Below are positions 1 through 15,100 of a DNA stretch of 64,000 nucleotides, one piece after another. The notes beneath the pieces were generated by a model. The model made no database searches, had not been told where the DNA came from, and saw only the letters and a program-made list of their open reading frames with translations. Within the stretch, counting starts at the first letter, position 1, and each line of letters begins with the position of its first letter. This DNA is from Macrostomum hystrix. Taxonomy: Eukaryota > Animalia > Platyhelminthes. The stretch spans positions 15,314,001 through 15,378,000 of the forward strand of contig CATNEN010000001.1 of assembly GCA_950097015.1 (NCBI GenBank). The letters run 5' to 3'. The position numbers and the translations under genes are program-made.

Positions 1-991
1 ATGTCTGGCTGATTCTGTTGCTGCTGCTGCTGCTGCTGCTGAGGTGGGTGGTGGCTGAGCACAGACAGGCAGGACAGGCAGAGGTCCAGGATGCCCAGTC
101 GGACAGACTCCTGGCGGAGTCTCAGATCCTCTTCGCTAGACGCCTGCCGCTGCTCGTAGAGTCTCTGCAGCACCCTGAAGGGTAGGATCGGCAGCGGGGT
201 GGAATACCTGCCAGCCAGCAGGCTGACACCGTCGGCATCTTCGCTGACACCCAGGGCCAGCCTGAGAAGGCACTGAGCCTCGCGTCTCCTAGCCAACAAG
301 ATGGAATCGTATCCGGGCAGTCTGAGAAACAGGCCGAAGGCGATCAGCGAATAGGTGGGCAGCACCGAATTTGAAGCTGACGAAGCCAGTCGGTTGGACT
401 GTCCGCCGCCTATCGAATGACTCGACGCTGACTTCTTACCCGGCCCGTAGGTGGTCCAGTAGCCGACGCCGGAACCACCGGGTCCTACGCCGCTTCCGCC
501 AACACCGACAACCGCCGATGTCATCGGAGGCGGCACGTCGAAGTCTAGTCCGGACGCCGGCGCGTTGGCAGCGGCTGCCGCTGCGGCGGCGGCGGCGGCC
601 GCGGCAGCCGCAGTCGTTGAATTGCTCTCGTACATTTCCATATCGTCGCCGGAGGTGCTGTAGGAATCCGGCGAGCCTTCGTCGGCGTAGGCGTAGCCGC
701 TGCTGCTGCTGATGACGCTCAGACCTCCTCCGCCGCCGCCGCCGCCACCACCGCTGCCGCCGGCATTACCGCCTCCGCCTGTGGCAGCGCCGGAGCCGAG
801 TTTGCCTGAGGCGGCAGCAGCAGCGGCAGCGTCCGAGCAGCTGGACATGGCCAGGCAGAACAGGCCAGGATACAGGGCCGGAAGCAGTTGGGCTAGTAAG
901 CTCAGACCACCAACAGACGCGAAAGTGTCCAGCGGCGATGCTACAGGCCGCATCGACAACAGTTCATGATCTTTGGCATCAGCTGGGGCTG
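1..991 (-). CDS. BIRC6: BIRC6 exon 13 (truncated by the window edge; not in the ORF track)
   Basis: TTTATAG|CAG acceptor. Translates SPLDTFASVGGLSLLAQLLPALYP...YSLIAFGLFLRLPGY...AQCLLRLALGV...LPILPFRVL. Confidence 0.9.
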
Positions 992-3900
992 CTATAAAGT
1001 TGTTAGATATGTTAGATAAAATTTAACCGCTCCAAGTAACTATGAAATATCTCATTTAAGGAATTTTCTAATTAATATTCAAACTTGTTCCCTGAGTGGG
1101 GTGAGTGGCAGAGAGGTCTAACGCGTTTGCCTCTCGCACCAAGGTCCCTGAGCTCGATTCCGCAGCGAGGCCACATTAGAATTTAGGACGCAGCCGCGGA
1201 GAGAAGGCTTGTGGGCCAACCTCCAAGGCACAGTGAAAGTGTACACTACTTGACGATGAGAAAGTCAGGGCAGATGTACACACCTGTTTGAGTGTATGCC
1301 TGCGTACAGTATCTGTGTGCGTGTGTGCTCAGGAGTCAGCGAAATGGAGCAGCAGAATTGCCTCCTCGCTGGCTGCGGGTCTAGTGTCACTAAATCATGT
1401 GCCCGCAGCCCTCTTGCAATTAGTACTATTATTATTATTATTCATAACTATTATTATTATTACTATTATTATTATTACTATTATTATTATTTTTATTATT
1501 CTTACTAAACAGTAATCTTACCAGCTGGTCCGGTGGCCAATCTCAGACTCAGATAAGGCCTTAGCGCTTGACCATTCACAGACACCAATCGTTTCATCAG
1601 TTGAGCCAGGGTCAGTTCAGCTGGCAGAGGTCCCAGATCTGGGGAATCTTCGTTCCACAGCCGCGGACAAGATGACGGCTGCTTCGGCTGCTGCTGTTGC
1701 TTTTGCTTCTGACTGCGACTAACGCCAGACGATGTCTTCTGCTGCTGTTCGCTAGACTTCTTTAACTTGCCAGATGACCCGTCGGCATTGCCAGACGAAG
1801 ATGACTTACTAGGTAGCAGTCCGGCAACGCTGCTAATCTGTTCGATCAGCTGCAGGCCGAATTTGGTGCTCTCGTAGGCGTAGCTGCTGAACGCGCCGCC
1901 GCCGCCAGACGAAGAAGACTTACTACCGCCGGCGCCGCCGCTAGAATATTTACCGTATTTTCCGCCGCCATAATATGAGTAGTCTTTGTCGCCAACCGCG
2001 GCACCGCCGGCGCTGGCACTGCCACGACGATGACTAGAAGAATGAACAGTGCCGCTGGAGTTGTCGCCGCTAGTTAGTCTAGACAATAGCTGGCTAACTG
2101 TGACATTCACGCTGACCTGCAGGAGTCTGTGACGAGAGCCCGAGCCTAACTTGGGATGAACAAACTGTTGACTAGCCAGTTGGTGATGCTGAGGAGGTGG
2201 CAGATCGCAGGCTGGGTCGCATTCAACTGCCACGTAGATGCGCTCGTCTTCGAGTAGTACCTGGACGAGAGATTAGACATAAATGACAGATTAGGGATTA
2301 AGGAAGAGAGAGTAAGGATCATTGGTGACAGATTAGGGATTATGAGCGACGGACCAGATATTATTGAGAGATTAGGATCATGGGTGACAGACTAGATATT
2401 ATTGATAAGAGATTAGGATCATGGGTGACAGACTAGATATTATTGATAAGAGATTAGGATCATGGGTGACAGACTAGATATTATTGATAAGAGATTAGGG
2501 ATCATGGGTGACAGACTAGATATTATTGATGAGAGATTAGGGATCATGGTTGAGAGATTAGGGATCATGGTTGAGAGATTAGGGATCAAGAATCAGTTAA
2601 TAAGGATAATAGATAAGGGATCAGACTAACCTGCAGAATTAATCTTCGCAAGAAATTAGGCAGAAACACCCGCCCCTTCTGCTCAGAGATGGCCAACAAT
2701 GCGCTGTAGATTAGGCCAGCCAGTTTTTTCTGATTCTTAGGCTCCAGCCGGCAAACGGCCGTATAGAATGATACAATGGCCGACTCGAGTGTAGCCCGGT
2801 GTAAGATGCTCAAACCAACCGGTTGACTCAAAAGCAGCGACACCAGAGGCTGAAGAAACGTGGTAGCTTCTAGCCAGCCGCGAACTGCGGGTTCAGCAGA
2901 CAGATCCGATAGGAAGTTCAACACATTGGCAACTGTGTCTGCGCTTATCTGCTGCTGCTGTTGCTGCTGCTGAGGCGATGGCAACTCAATCAATGAGAAT
3001 TGATCCACGCTAGCTATTAGGCGATCTAGAAAGCCAGAATTCATCAGTTGCTCGATGCAGGCTTCCGATTGGCTAGCAGTAGCCAGCAGGTTCAACTGTT
3101 CGGCTGTTGGATAGCGTTGAAAGCCGGCTAATTGTTGATCGGACACGATTGATGATATCCAATCCAATAGGTGACTATACAGGCTGGGATTAGCGGCGCA
3201 CAGTGAGCACAGGGCGCAGCCGATAGCCTGCCTGAGATCGGGCAGTTGAGCACTGACACGAAGACCTCGACGATAAAGGGCCATTGCTAAGGACTCGGAT
3301 AGGTCGTTTTGACAGTCGTTTTGCAGCGGCTTAGCTCCGAGCCAACGCCAGAGAACGGCAGACACGCAGTAGACATGCAGGCCAGATGTCGGAGCCGACA
3401 CAGTGCCGGATGATTCTGGACGATTCGGCTGCGTCGATGGCTGCTGCTGCGGCGACTGCAGCCAGGCCAATAGGAAGCGAAGTCTTTCGCCAGGATTCGG
3501 CTCCTCACCGATGCACAATTGGTAGATTAGATTCTCAGTTACCTGGGTTCGGATGGGAGTGGCTTGAGTAGCTTTTGCTTTTAGATTGCTTTGAGTGTCT
3601 TTGAGTGAGGGTGTCTTTAACTTAGGTGTCGTAGACATGATCGTATCTTTGAGTGAGGGTGTCCTTGACTGAGGGTGACCTTGAGTGAGCGTGTCTTTGT
3701 GTGAAGTATCTTTACACAGAGGGTGTCTGAGTAAATGTGACTTTGAGACGGTTTGCGACTGTCTTTGGGAAAGATTGTCATTGATTGAGTGAGGGTGACC
3801 TTGAGTGAGCGTGTCTTTGTACAGGGTGTCTTTTTACAGGGTGTCTTTGTACAGGTTTCTTTTGTACAGGGTGTCCTTTGTACAGGGTGTCCTTTGTACA

Positions 3901-6037
3901 GAGTGTCCTTTGTACAGTGTCTTTAGTACAGGGTGTCCTTTGTACAGTGTCTTTAGTACAGGGTGTCCTTTGTACAGGGTGTCCCAGTGTCTTTTGTACA
4001 GGGTGTCCTTTGTACAGTGTCTTTAGTACAGGGTGTCCTTTGTACAGTGTCTTTAGTACAGGGTGTCCCAGTGTCTTTTGTACAGGGTGTCCTTTGTACA
4101 GGTGTATTTTGTACAAGGTGTATTTTGTACAGAATGTCTTTTGTACAGGTGTCCTTTGTACAGTGTCTTTTGTACAGGGTGTCCTTTGTACAGTGTCTTT
4201 AGTACAGGGTGTCCTTTGTACACTGTCTTTAGTACAGGGTGTCCTTTGTACAGTGTCTTTAGTACAGGGTGTCCTTTGTACAGTGTCTTTAGTACAGGGT
4301 GTCCTTTGTACAGTGTCTTTAGTACAGGGTGTCCCAGTGTCTTTTGTACAGGGTGCCCTTTGTACAGGGTGTCCTTTGTACAGGTGTATTTTGTACAAGG
4401 TGTATTTTGTACAGAATGTCTTTTGTACAGGTGTCCTTTGTACAGTGTCTTTTGTACAGGGTGTCCTTTGTACAGTGTCTTTAGTACAGGGTGTCCTTTG
4501 TACAGAATGTCTTTTGTACAGGTGTCCTTTGTACAGTGTCTTTAGTACAGGGTGTCCTTTGTACAGTGTCTTTAGTACAGGGTGTCCCAGTGTCTTTTGT
4601 ACAGGGTGTCCTTTGTACAGGTGTATTTTGTACAATGTGTATTTTGTACAGAATGTCTTTTGTACAGGTGTCCTTTGTACAGTGTCTTTAGTACAGGGTG
4701 TCCTTGGTACAGTGTCTTTAGTACAGGGGGTCCCAGTGTCTTTTGTACAGGGTGTCCTTTGTACAGGGTGTCCTTTGTACAGGTGTATTTTGTACAAGGT
4801 GTATTTTGTACAGAATGTCTTTTGTGCAGGTGTCCTTTGTACAGTGTCTTTTGTACAGGGTGTCCTTTGTACAGTGTCTTTTGTACAAGGTGTCCTTTGT
4901 TAGATTGTCTTTCGTACAGACAGATTGTCTTTCTTACAGACAGATTGTCTTTCGTACAAGGTGTCTTTCGTACAAGGTGTCTTTCGTACAAGGTGTCTTT
5001 CGTACAAGGTGTCTTTCGTACAAGGTGTCTTTCGTTCAAGGTGTCTTTACATGTGTCTTTTGTACAATGTGCCTTTGTACAGGGTGTCTCTTTTACATGG
5101 CGTCTTTTGTACATTGTGTCTATAAGTGATCTCAGAGAGGTCAAATAAGATTTCAAATTCACTAACCAGACTACCAGGATCGTCTAGCAGAGATTTGAGT
5201 ATGCGCAGACTGGCAGCGGGTGATTGTTCGCCGAGACGCAATAGAATCTGTTCAACCACGGTGGCTGGCGAACAGGCACGCAACAGGGAGCACAGGTATG
5301 GCACCAGTTGAGGCGTACTAGCCAGTACCTGATCTAGCCAGTTGGCAGTTCTATCAGTTCGGTTTCTAGTGACGCACAGGTGTAAGAATCTTAGCCAGGG
5401 GCCGTACTGCAGAGCCGGCTGCAGTCCGAGAGTGCCGCCGCAGTGCAGAGTGTAGCCCATGACGGTAATGTGAGCCAGGCCGAGTGTTTCGCTATCAAGC
5501 GGTCGGTGAAGTCTCAGCACTAATTCGCTAGCCAGAGTTGGCGCGAATTTCAATCGAATATGCTGCAGACCGGCCGTGACAACTGGGCCAGTCAGAGGAA
5601 CGGAGGATATGAGATTGTCGCGATAGAATTCGAATGACACAGCCGAGGGCGCGCTAGACAGAGCCGACGAGTGCGGCACAATGTCGACTCGTTTAATCAG
5701 AGCAACGACCGGCAATTTGATTGACAGCTCAACGTAGGCCTCCTCGGGAAAGAAATTGTAACTCCAGGCGGCTGATTTGGATCGCCGATGCGGAGCGCAG
5801 GCTTGAATAAGGGCCTCGCAGCCGGAGCTGCCAGCGCTGCCTGAGCAGGAGATTGTGGCGTAGGGTGCCAAATTCACTACGACCATTTCACCTGGTGTGC
5901 ACGGATCAGCGAATGGATCAGTTGGCCATGGGGCAACTCGATGATGACTGGCGTGGGCGTGATAGGCCAGCTGGTGATGCTGCAGCAGGTGCGGATGCTG
6001 ATGAGATAGAATGGCCTGTGGCTGCTGATGAGCCGTG

Positions 6038-6068
<31 letters not shown>

Positions 6069-6303
6069 AGCTTTGGTACCACAGCGGATGAGAGCCTTCC
6101 ATTGATAGCGGACCGCCGACTGCAGCAGCTGCGGCGGCAGCGGCTGCGGCTGAGGCGGAGTGCGGATTGGCCCCAGATGCTCCAGAGGAGCCGACAGACG
6201 ATGGGGCTCCGGCTGCAGCTGCGGCGGCAGCTGCTGCGGCAGCGGCTGCCACAGCATTGGCTACGGCAACTGTACTTGTGGATAGTTTAAGAGGCCAGCC
6301 TGG

Positions 6304-6348
<45 letters not shown>

Positions 6349-9300
6349 AGAAGCGTTGGCAACAGCGGCGGAGAATGCGGCGGCAACGGCGCTAGCCATT
6401 GGATCGCGCCTAGAATGCAGTGCAGCTAGGCTAAGCATCATGTCGCTAACCTGCGTACGACCGTGGCCAACTGCCAGGCTGCATTTCTGAGCTAGTCTCT
6501 GGCACACCGTGTGCATGCCACCATGGTCAGTGAATACTGTCAGATTGTCCTCCGGCTGGCTAGTTAGTATCCAGGCTAGCAGAATTAGCAGAGGCTCCCG
6601 TAGCTCTGTGTCTGGCCTGGCTAGGAACTGGACGACACGTTCCAGGTAAGCTGACTGGCAGCGAGTGCCGACGAAAGCCTGATTGATGAGCGAAGGCGAT
6701 TGTACTTTCATTTTATGTACCCTACTGACCTACTCAAGTGTTTAGTCTGCCATACTCATAAACACTCTTCCCCATTTTATACTGCTGTAAAATTATTTTA
6801 CCTACCTGTGGGGTATCTTCCCTTACCCTACTACTGTTCGCTACCTCCCTACAACTGCCCTCTACCTCCCTGCAACTGCCCTCTGCCTCCCTGCAACTGC
6901 CCTCTACCTCCCTACAACTGCCCTCTACCTCCCTACAACTGCCCTCTACCTCCCTACAACTGCCCTCTACCTCCCTACAACTGCCCTCTACCTCCCTACA
7001 ACTGCCCTCTACCTCCCTACAACTGCCCTCTACCTCCCTACAACTGCCCTCTACCTCCCTACAACTGCCCTCTACCTCCCTACAACTGCCCTCTACCTCC
7101 CTACAACTGCCCTCTACCTCCCTACAACTGCCCTCTACCTCCCTAAAACTGCCCTCTACCTCCCTACAACTGCCCTCTACCTCCCTACAACTGCCATCTG
7201 CCTCCCTAAAACTGCCCTCTACCTCCCTACAACTGCCCTCTACCTCCCTACAACTGCCCTCTACCTCCCTACAACTGCCCTCTACCTCCCTACAACTGCC
7301 CTCTACCTCCCTACAACTGCCCTCTACCTCCCTACAACTGCCCTCTACCTCCCTACAACTGCCCTCTACCTCCCTAAAACTGCCCTCTACCTCCCTACAA
7401 CTGCCCTCTACCTCCCTACAACTGCCATCTGCCTCCCTAAAACTGCCCTCTACCTCCCTACAACTGCCCTCTACCTCCCTACAACTGCCCTCTACCTCCC
7501 TAAAACTGCCCTCTACCTCCCTACAACTGCCCTCTACCTCCCTAAAACTGCCCTCTACCTCCCTACAACTACCACCTGCCTCCCTACAACTGCCATCTAC
7601 CTCCCTACAACTGCCATCTACCTCCCTGCAACTGCCCTCTACCTCCCTACAACTGCCATCTGCCTCCCTACAACTGCCCTCTACCTCCCTACAACTGCAC
7701 TTTACCTCCCTACAACTGCCCTCTACCTCCCTACAACTGTCGTATTCCCTATAAAAAATTCACACTTCCCTAAAAATGTTCTTACTGCCCTACAAATGGT
7801 CTTAACTTCCATACAAATTTTTCATGCTTTCCTACAAATGCTTCATGCTTCCCTACAAATGTTTCATGCTTCCCGACAAATGTTTCATGCTTCCCTACTA
7901 ATGTTTTATGCTTCCCATTCGAATCGCTCACCATCTGCAGCGACAGCAGAGCCCAATCGCCAAGCGAACGCGGTATTAGCGAAGCCACAGCCTCTCTAGC
8001 CAGATCGGCCAGTTGGACTCGATTAGACCAGGCATTGCCGTGCAGCAGGGCACTATCGCAGGCGGCTAGACAAGACAGCAGGCGGTCTAGCGGACCTTCC
8101 GTGACAAGCCGATCAACAATTTGCTGCTGATCCGCACCAATTTCGTCTTCTTTGCCAGCGTCGCTATCTGGTTTATCATCTCCGACAGATTCCGCTGTGT
8201 AAGATTTAGCTTTCTTCAGAAGGCTGGGTAAGACGGCCATTAGGGCGGACATGGCTCTCTCGCGATTAGCCAATTGGCCGTAAGCTAGATCTGTGACCTT
8301 TCGACAGGTAACCGATATGTCCACAAACACCTGAGAGTTATGAGATGAACACATTTCATTAATTAAGTAATATGTTTAGACAAAACAGACCCAGACAGAC
8401 TACTCAAAACAGACCCGGACAGACTACTCAAAACAGATCCAGATAGACTACTCAAAACAGATCCAGATAGACTACTCAAAACAGATCCAGATAGACTACT
8501 CAAAACAGATCCAGATAGACTACTCAAAACAGATCCAGATAGACTACTCAAAACAGATCCAGATAGACTACTCAAAACAGATCCAGATAGACTACTCAAA
8601 ACAGACCCAGATAGACTACTCAAAACAGATCCAGATAGACTACTCAAAACAGACCCAGATAGACTACTCAAAACAGACCCAGATAGACTACTCAGAACAG
8701 ATCCAGATAGACTACTCAAAACAGAACCGGACAGACTACTCAAAACAGATCCGGGACAGACTACTCAAAACAGATCCAGACAGACTACTCAAAACAGACC
8801 CAGATAGACTACTCAAAACAGACCCGGACAGACTACTCAAAACAGATCCAGATAGACTACTCAAAACAGATCCAGATAGACTACTCAAAACAGACCCGGA
8901 CAGACTACTCAAAACAGATCCAGATAGACTACTCAAAACAGATCCAGATAGACTACTCAGAACAGATCCAGATAGACTACTCAAAACAGAACCGGACAGA
9001 CTACTCAAAACAGATCCAGATAGACTACTCAAAACAGACCCAGACAGACTACTCAAAACAGATCCAGACAGACTACTCAAAACAGACCCAGATAGACTAC
9101 TCAAAACAGACCCGGACAGACTACTCAAAACAGATCCAGATAGACTACTCAAAACAGAACCGGACAGACTACTCAAAACAGATCCAGATAGACTACTCAA
9201 AACAGACCCAGACAGACTACTCAAAACAGATCCAGACAGACTACTCAAAACAGATCCAGATAGACTACTCAAAACAGACCCAGATAGACTACTCAAAACA

Positions 9301-12067
9301 GAACCGGACAGACTACTCAAAACAGATCCAGATAGACTACTCAAAACAGACCCAGACAGACTACTCAAAACAGATCCAGACAGACTACTCAAAACAGACC
9401 CAGATAGACTACTCAAAACAGACCCGGACAGACTACTCAAAACAGATCCAGATAGACTACTCAAAACAGAACCGGACAGACTACTCAAAACAGATCCAGA
9501 TAGACTACTCAAAACAGACCCAGACAGACTACTCAAAACAGATCCAGACAGACTACTCAAAACAGATCCAGATAGACTACTCAAAACAGACCCAGATAGA
9601 CTACTCAAAACAGACCCAGATAGACTACTCAAAACAGATCCAGATAGACTACTCAAAACAGACCCAGATAGACTACTCAAAACAGATCCAGATAGACTAC
9701 TCAAAACAGACCCAGACAGACTACTCAAAACAGATCCAGACAGACTACTCAAAACAGACCCAGATAGACTACTCAAAACAGACCCGGACAGACTACTCAA
9801 AACAGATCCAGATAGACTACTCAAAACAGACCCAGATAGACTACTCAAAACAGACCCAGATAAACTACTCAAAACAGACCCGGACAGACTACTCAAAACA
9901 GATTACTCAGAACAGACCCAGACAGACTGCTCAAAACAGACTACTCAGAACAGACCCAGACAGACTGCCCAAAACAGTCCCAGAGATGCAGCTCAGAATA
10001 GTCTCAATTAGAAGATACAGGCAGGTATACAGGTGCCTGTAGTAGGCGCTAGCACAAAAATAGAGAAAGTACATGCAGAATCGCAAATCCCAAAGCGGTC
10101 CTCACCGAAGTGAAGCAGGCGGTAGCCTCAGGTTTCTGATGCGATGACTCGCACCTGACAGAACTAGCCGAGCGAACAAAGCCCAGGCAGGCATCGGCAA
10201 TCAGGCTAATCAATTGCAATAGGCGATTATTATTGGAGCCAATCAGAGAGAAGTCTTTGTCGCGAGCGTCGTGAACTAGGCGAGCCTGCAGATCCAGAGC
10301 TCCGTAGCCGCGCACTAGGGCGCCGTCTGGTCCGGCGATGGCGGCGAGTAGGTCCACCAGGCATGCGACATAGTGCCTGGGACTGGCCCGATGCAGCCTA
10401 GTTAGAAGATCTTCGAATACGGCAACAACGGACGGGCCGGCGGCGCGGTTCTGCTGAGCACCGGCGTCGCTCATTAGTCGGCAGAGGAATCGATGCAGTA
10501 GTCTAGTCTCGGCCGAAGATGATAATAGGTGATTAGCGAGGCTGGGCTGACTACCGCAAGACATGGCCAGGACTTGCAGGGCCAGTTGCCATTCGGATAA
10601 CTGAGGAGTGCCTGCAGGAATACAGAATTAGGAATAAAAACTAGCCGATATGTGTAGAAATAAACAAAAATTGGTCAATAGCGTTTTTCGAAAATGAACA
10701 ATCTAAATAAACTTATTAAAAAAATCTAACGAGCCTAAGGTAAAAAATGTATCTAAGTTCGCAATTATCAAGGTAAATGTTGCTTTTTTTACTTTTAGCC
10801 GATATGTGACGAACTGTTAAGATATTGTAATACTTGTACGCTTAATATTACTCGAACAAATAGTAGTCTAGATGTAGCGATTTTCCAAAAAGTTTATACA
10901 ACTTATTAATTATTGCAAATATGTATCGAAATGTACTTAATAGGTATAGGAAGCATTTGTCCAACACGTATCAAAGCGAACACTTGTTCAGCTGTAATGC
11001 TTAGTTATGTTATTCACTATACATTCCATACCTGTAAATTTTCTAATATTTTACTTCATATTCACACTCGTACTTTAAGATCAATGATAAAAGCCTATAT
11101 GTGTCGAAAAAGTTTAATAAGTTAACAGTCAAATAGTAATTATTACTTTTTTATTGCACCTGCCCCAATTGGGTCAGATGTGCAGCCGATCTGAAGGCTG
11201 CGTACAGCTGTTCAGTCCATGGACTGAGAGGGACGCCACGCCCGCCTTTAATTACCCCATCTGATGCTGGTACCCCAGTTAACAGCTGGGTGAACTGAAG
11301 CAATGCAGAGTTAAGTGTCTTGCTAAAGGACACAAATTGTTCCAGTGGAATCAAGAATCGAACCCCCGACCTTTTCGTTATTGAGTCCGACGCCCTAACG
11401 ATTTGCCGCGAGTAATTTGAGTGGTCTAATTGAGTAGTCTACTAAAATATTTTAAAAACTTCTGCAGAATCGAACCAGAAGCCGATTGCACATGGAGGCA
11501 AGGGAAAGAAATTTGAAAAGGGAATCCGATATGTATAGAAAAATCGATAAAACTCAGTACTCACCGCTGAGCATACAATCCAACAACGCAGCCGAACCAT
11601 CGGCGGTGAGATGAAACACAGCCGACTTGCCAGAGCTCCAACCGCCTTGAGCGCCCAGCCACAGCTGTAGCAGCGGCGACAATTGCCAATCGTAGTTGCC
11701 ATGCTCGGAGCCCTGCTGCTGCTGCTGTTGTTGCTGTCGCTGCTGTCTCAACTGGAGTAGGGCTCTATTGAAACAGTCGCCAAGCACCATGGTGGCATCT
11801 GGTCCACAATTGTTAGTTTCCATAGTCTCATGCTCGCTAATGCTAACATCGGAGGCCGCATCATCAGTGCCAGATGGTGCTAGAATCGCGGCCGGCTCAG
11901 CTATGAGCACTTCGCTTTCAAGGGCCGGCAAAGCTTGCGCCAGCCTTGTGTACCGGTGAGCTTGCAGTTCAACGCCGGATTCTAGGCGCAAATCGTAGGC
12001 GGCAAAAATGCCAAGCGGCGACCAAGTTTGAAATGCCGGCTGCTGCTGTTGATTGTAGGATTGCTGC

Positions 12068-12102
<35 letters not shown>

Positions 12103-15100
12103 CTGCTGAGTTGGCTGAGGAGTGCAAGGATAATTCCACATATCGGCGGTTGCTTCCTCTAATAATTGTTGCTCCATTTGAGATCGCCACTTAGCGTAGC
12201 TAGTCGCGTAGGCTGAGGTAAACGATGAAGAACCGCCGGCAGCCGCTGATGGCACCTTCAGGCTGCTCAACGATGGCCAATCCTCCATCATGGCCTGCTG
12301 CTGCTCCGCCTGCAGTAGGCTATCAAAGATTGCATGCCTAGTTGACGAATCATCGTCGCGCTCCGACTCGGAGCCGACAGCGGCTGCAGCTGCGGCAGCG
12401 GGAGCTGGCGCCGACGATGTCTTCTTCTTTGTTGACTGCTTCTTCTGTGGTTGCTGAGGCTCCGGTGGAGGATCTGGCTTTTGCTGCTGCTGGTGTGTAG
12501 CAGCTGTTGAAGCCTCAGCGGCCAGCCAATCAGCTAACAGACAGGTGACCGCATGCAGGCCGTACAGTCCAGCCCAGGCGTGCTCAGACTGGCAGGCCAA
12601 TCTGATAAGCTGCTCAACCTGACCAGGTGATAAAACTTCAGCTAGCCTAGGCTTGGCCATGCTAACCAACTGGCTGCAGGTTTTGCATAGCAACAGCAGC
12701 AGATCAACAGCTGTGCCGGACACATTGGCAGCCAATAACTGATTAATCAGTCCGCGCAATATTGGCACAATCTGGCATCGACGCCGGCGCTCAAAGCTGG
12801 CCTGAGCTGCCACGGCCGGACTATTGGCTGTGGCAGCTGCCGCGGCGGCGGCGGCTGCAGCGGCGGCGGCGGCAGCAGCGGCGGCTGCGGAACCAGGTCC
12901 GCCGGGGGCAGTTGAGGCTCCAGCACTGCTGCCAGATCCGCCTCCGCCGGCTCCGCCTCCGAGTTCGTCGGCGAAGCGAGAACTGCCGCCGGCGCCTTTG
13001 TAGCGCTCGTAGCGACGGCAGAATTCAACGTCGGTTTTGCGCAACTGCAGAATGTCCCTGACATGCTTCTGAGTCAGCTGGTGAAACTGCTTATTAAAGA
13101 CTTCTTCTTTCTTTTTCATCATCCATTTTTTGGCGTGATCGGCCGGCTCGGCTTGCTGCTCTAGCTTGGCTTTGCTGCTGAGAAATTCTTCCTTGAGTTT
13201 GCTCAATTCCAATAGCATCTGCTTGTGATGCAATAGGCGTTTCTGCAGCTTGCGCTTGTTGAATCGAAATTCGCGCCTATTGGCCCTGCCGGTGCTTTCG
13301 CTAGCGAATAGATGATGCCAGGCTAGGAAATCCCAGCGCTGATTGTAGGGCGACAGGTGGTCCAGGCCCCGGCTAGCTAGCAGAAGTAGCCAACCCAGCA
13401 GCTCCCAGTTCTGCAATTTTTGTGGGAATCCGACGATATCACTTGATGATATAGCTAGAGTAGGAATGTCAATAGAAATCGATAGAAGAAAGGGAATCGA
13501 CTGAGAAGAGTTTAATCGAAGTGGAATCGACCGAGAACAGTTTAACCGAATAGGAATCGACCGCGAACAGTTTAACCGAGGAGGAATCGACCGAGAACAG
13601 TTTAACAGAAGAGGAATCGACCGAGATGAGTTTAACAAAAGAGGAATCGGCCGAGAAGGCATTGATAAAAGAGGAATCAACCGAAAACAGTTTAACAGAA
13701 GATGAATCGACCCAGAAGAGTTTAACAGAAGAGGAATCACCCGAAAATACATTGATAACAGAGGAATCGACCGAGAACAGTTTAACAAAAGAAGAATCGA
13801 CCGAGAACAGTTTAACAAAAGAAGAATCGACCGATAAGACATTGATAAAAGAGGAACCAACCGAAAACAGTTTAACAGAAGATGAATCGACCCAGAAGAG
13901 TTTAACAGAAGAGGAATCACCCGAAAATACATTGATAACAGAGGAATCGACCGAGAACAGTTTAACAGAAGATGAATCGACCCAGAAGAGTTTAACAGAA
14001 GAGGAATCGCCCGAGAACAGTTTAACAGAAGAGGAATCACCCAAAAAGACATTGATAACAGAGGAATCAACCGAAAACAGTTTAACAAAAGAAGAATCGA
14101 CCGAGAACAGTTTAACAAAAGAAGAATCGACCGATAAGACATTGATAAAAGAGGAACCAACCGAAAACAGTTTAACAGAAGATGAATCGACCCAGAAGAG
14201 TTTAACAGAAGAGGAATCACCCGAAAATACATTGATAACAGAGGAATCGACCGAGAACAGTTTAACAGAAGAGGAATCGACGGAGAAGAGTTTAACAGAA
14301 GAGGAATCACCCGAAAATACATTGATAACAGAGGAATCGACCGAGAACAGTTTAACAGAAGAGGAATCGGCCGAAAAGAACATTAACCGAAGTGAAATCT
14401 GACCTGTCTAGCTTGAAATTCTTCACCAAGCTGTCTCGCTAGCAGGGCTAGCAGGCTATCCAGCACCACTGGGTTTAATGCCATCTTCTGCAATAGACTG
14501 GACAACAATAGGAAGAGACGATCGCATGGAACCAGCTGCTGCTGCTGCTGCTGTTGATGCCTAGAAGTGTAGTCTTCCTGACTATCGCCAGTGTGTCTAT
14601 CAGGTAGCGAAGATTCGCCAATAGGTGCGCCTCGCGTGAGCAGATGATTCAGAAGGCCGCTAAGCCAATCGGACCACCAAGACTTGGGCGAGCGCAGATG
14701 CGGAGTCAATCGGCTCAGTAGGGAGCAGGCCATGAGTTGGACTGGTTTACTGCCGCAAACTAGCAGATCGGTGAACAGCTGGTTCAAATCCGTGTCACTG
14801 AGGCTGGCTACAAAAGCTTGACAAGCTGGCCAACCTAGCTGACCGCCGCTGCACAGGCTCAGCAGTAGGCGCAATGTCTCCTCCGTGATCGCTTTGGCTT
14901 TGTCTGATCCAACCTGTAGCGACTGCTCATGCTGCTCATGCTGCTCATGCTGCTCATGCTGCTGCTGCTGAGAATTTGTCGGCTGTTGTTGAAGAAGTTG
15001 AACTCTAGCCAAGGCTTGTTGGGCAATGTTGACCTAGATGATAATTGATTGTTATAACAAAAATGTATAAATCGATGTATAATTACAATATGAATAAAAT

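Noticed and set aside
13411-14322. N-terminal ~300 aa of the 922-aa ORF as part of BIRC6
   Set aside because: It is the 30-bp repeat in intron 6. Reading through from exon 6 meets a stop at 14383-14385, and a good acceptor lies at 13410.
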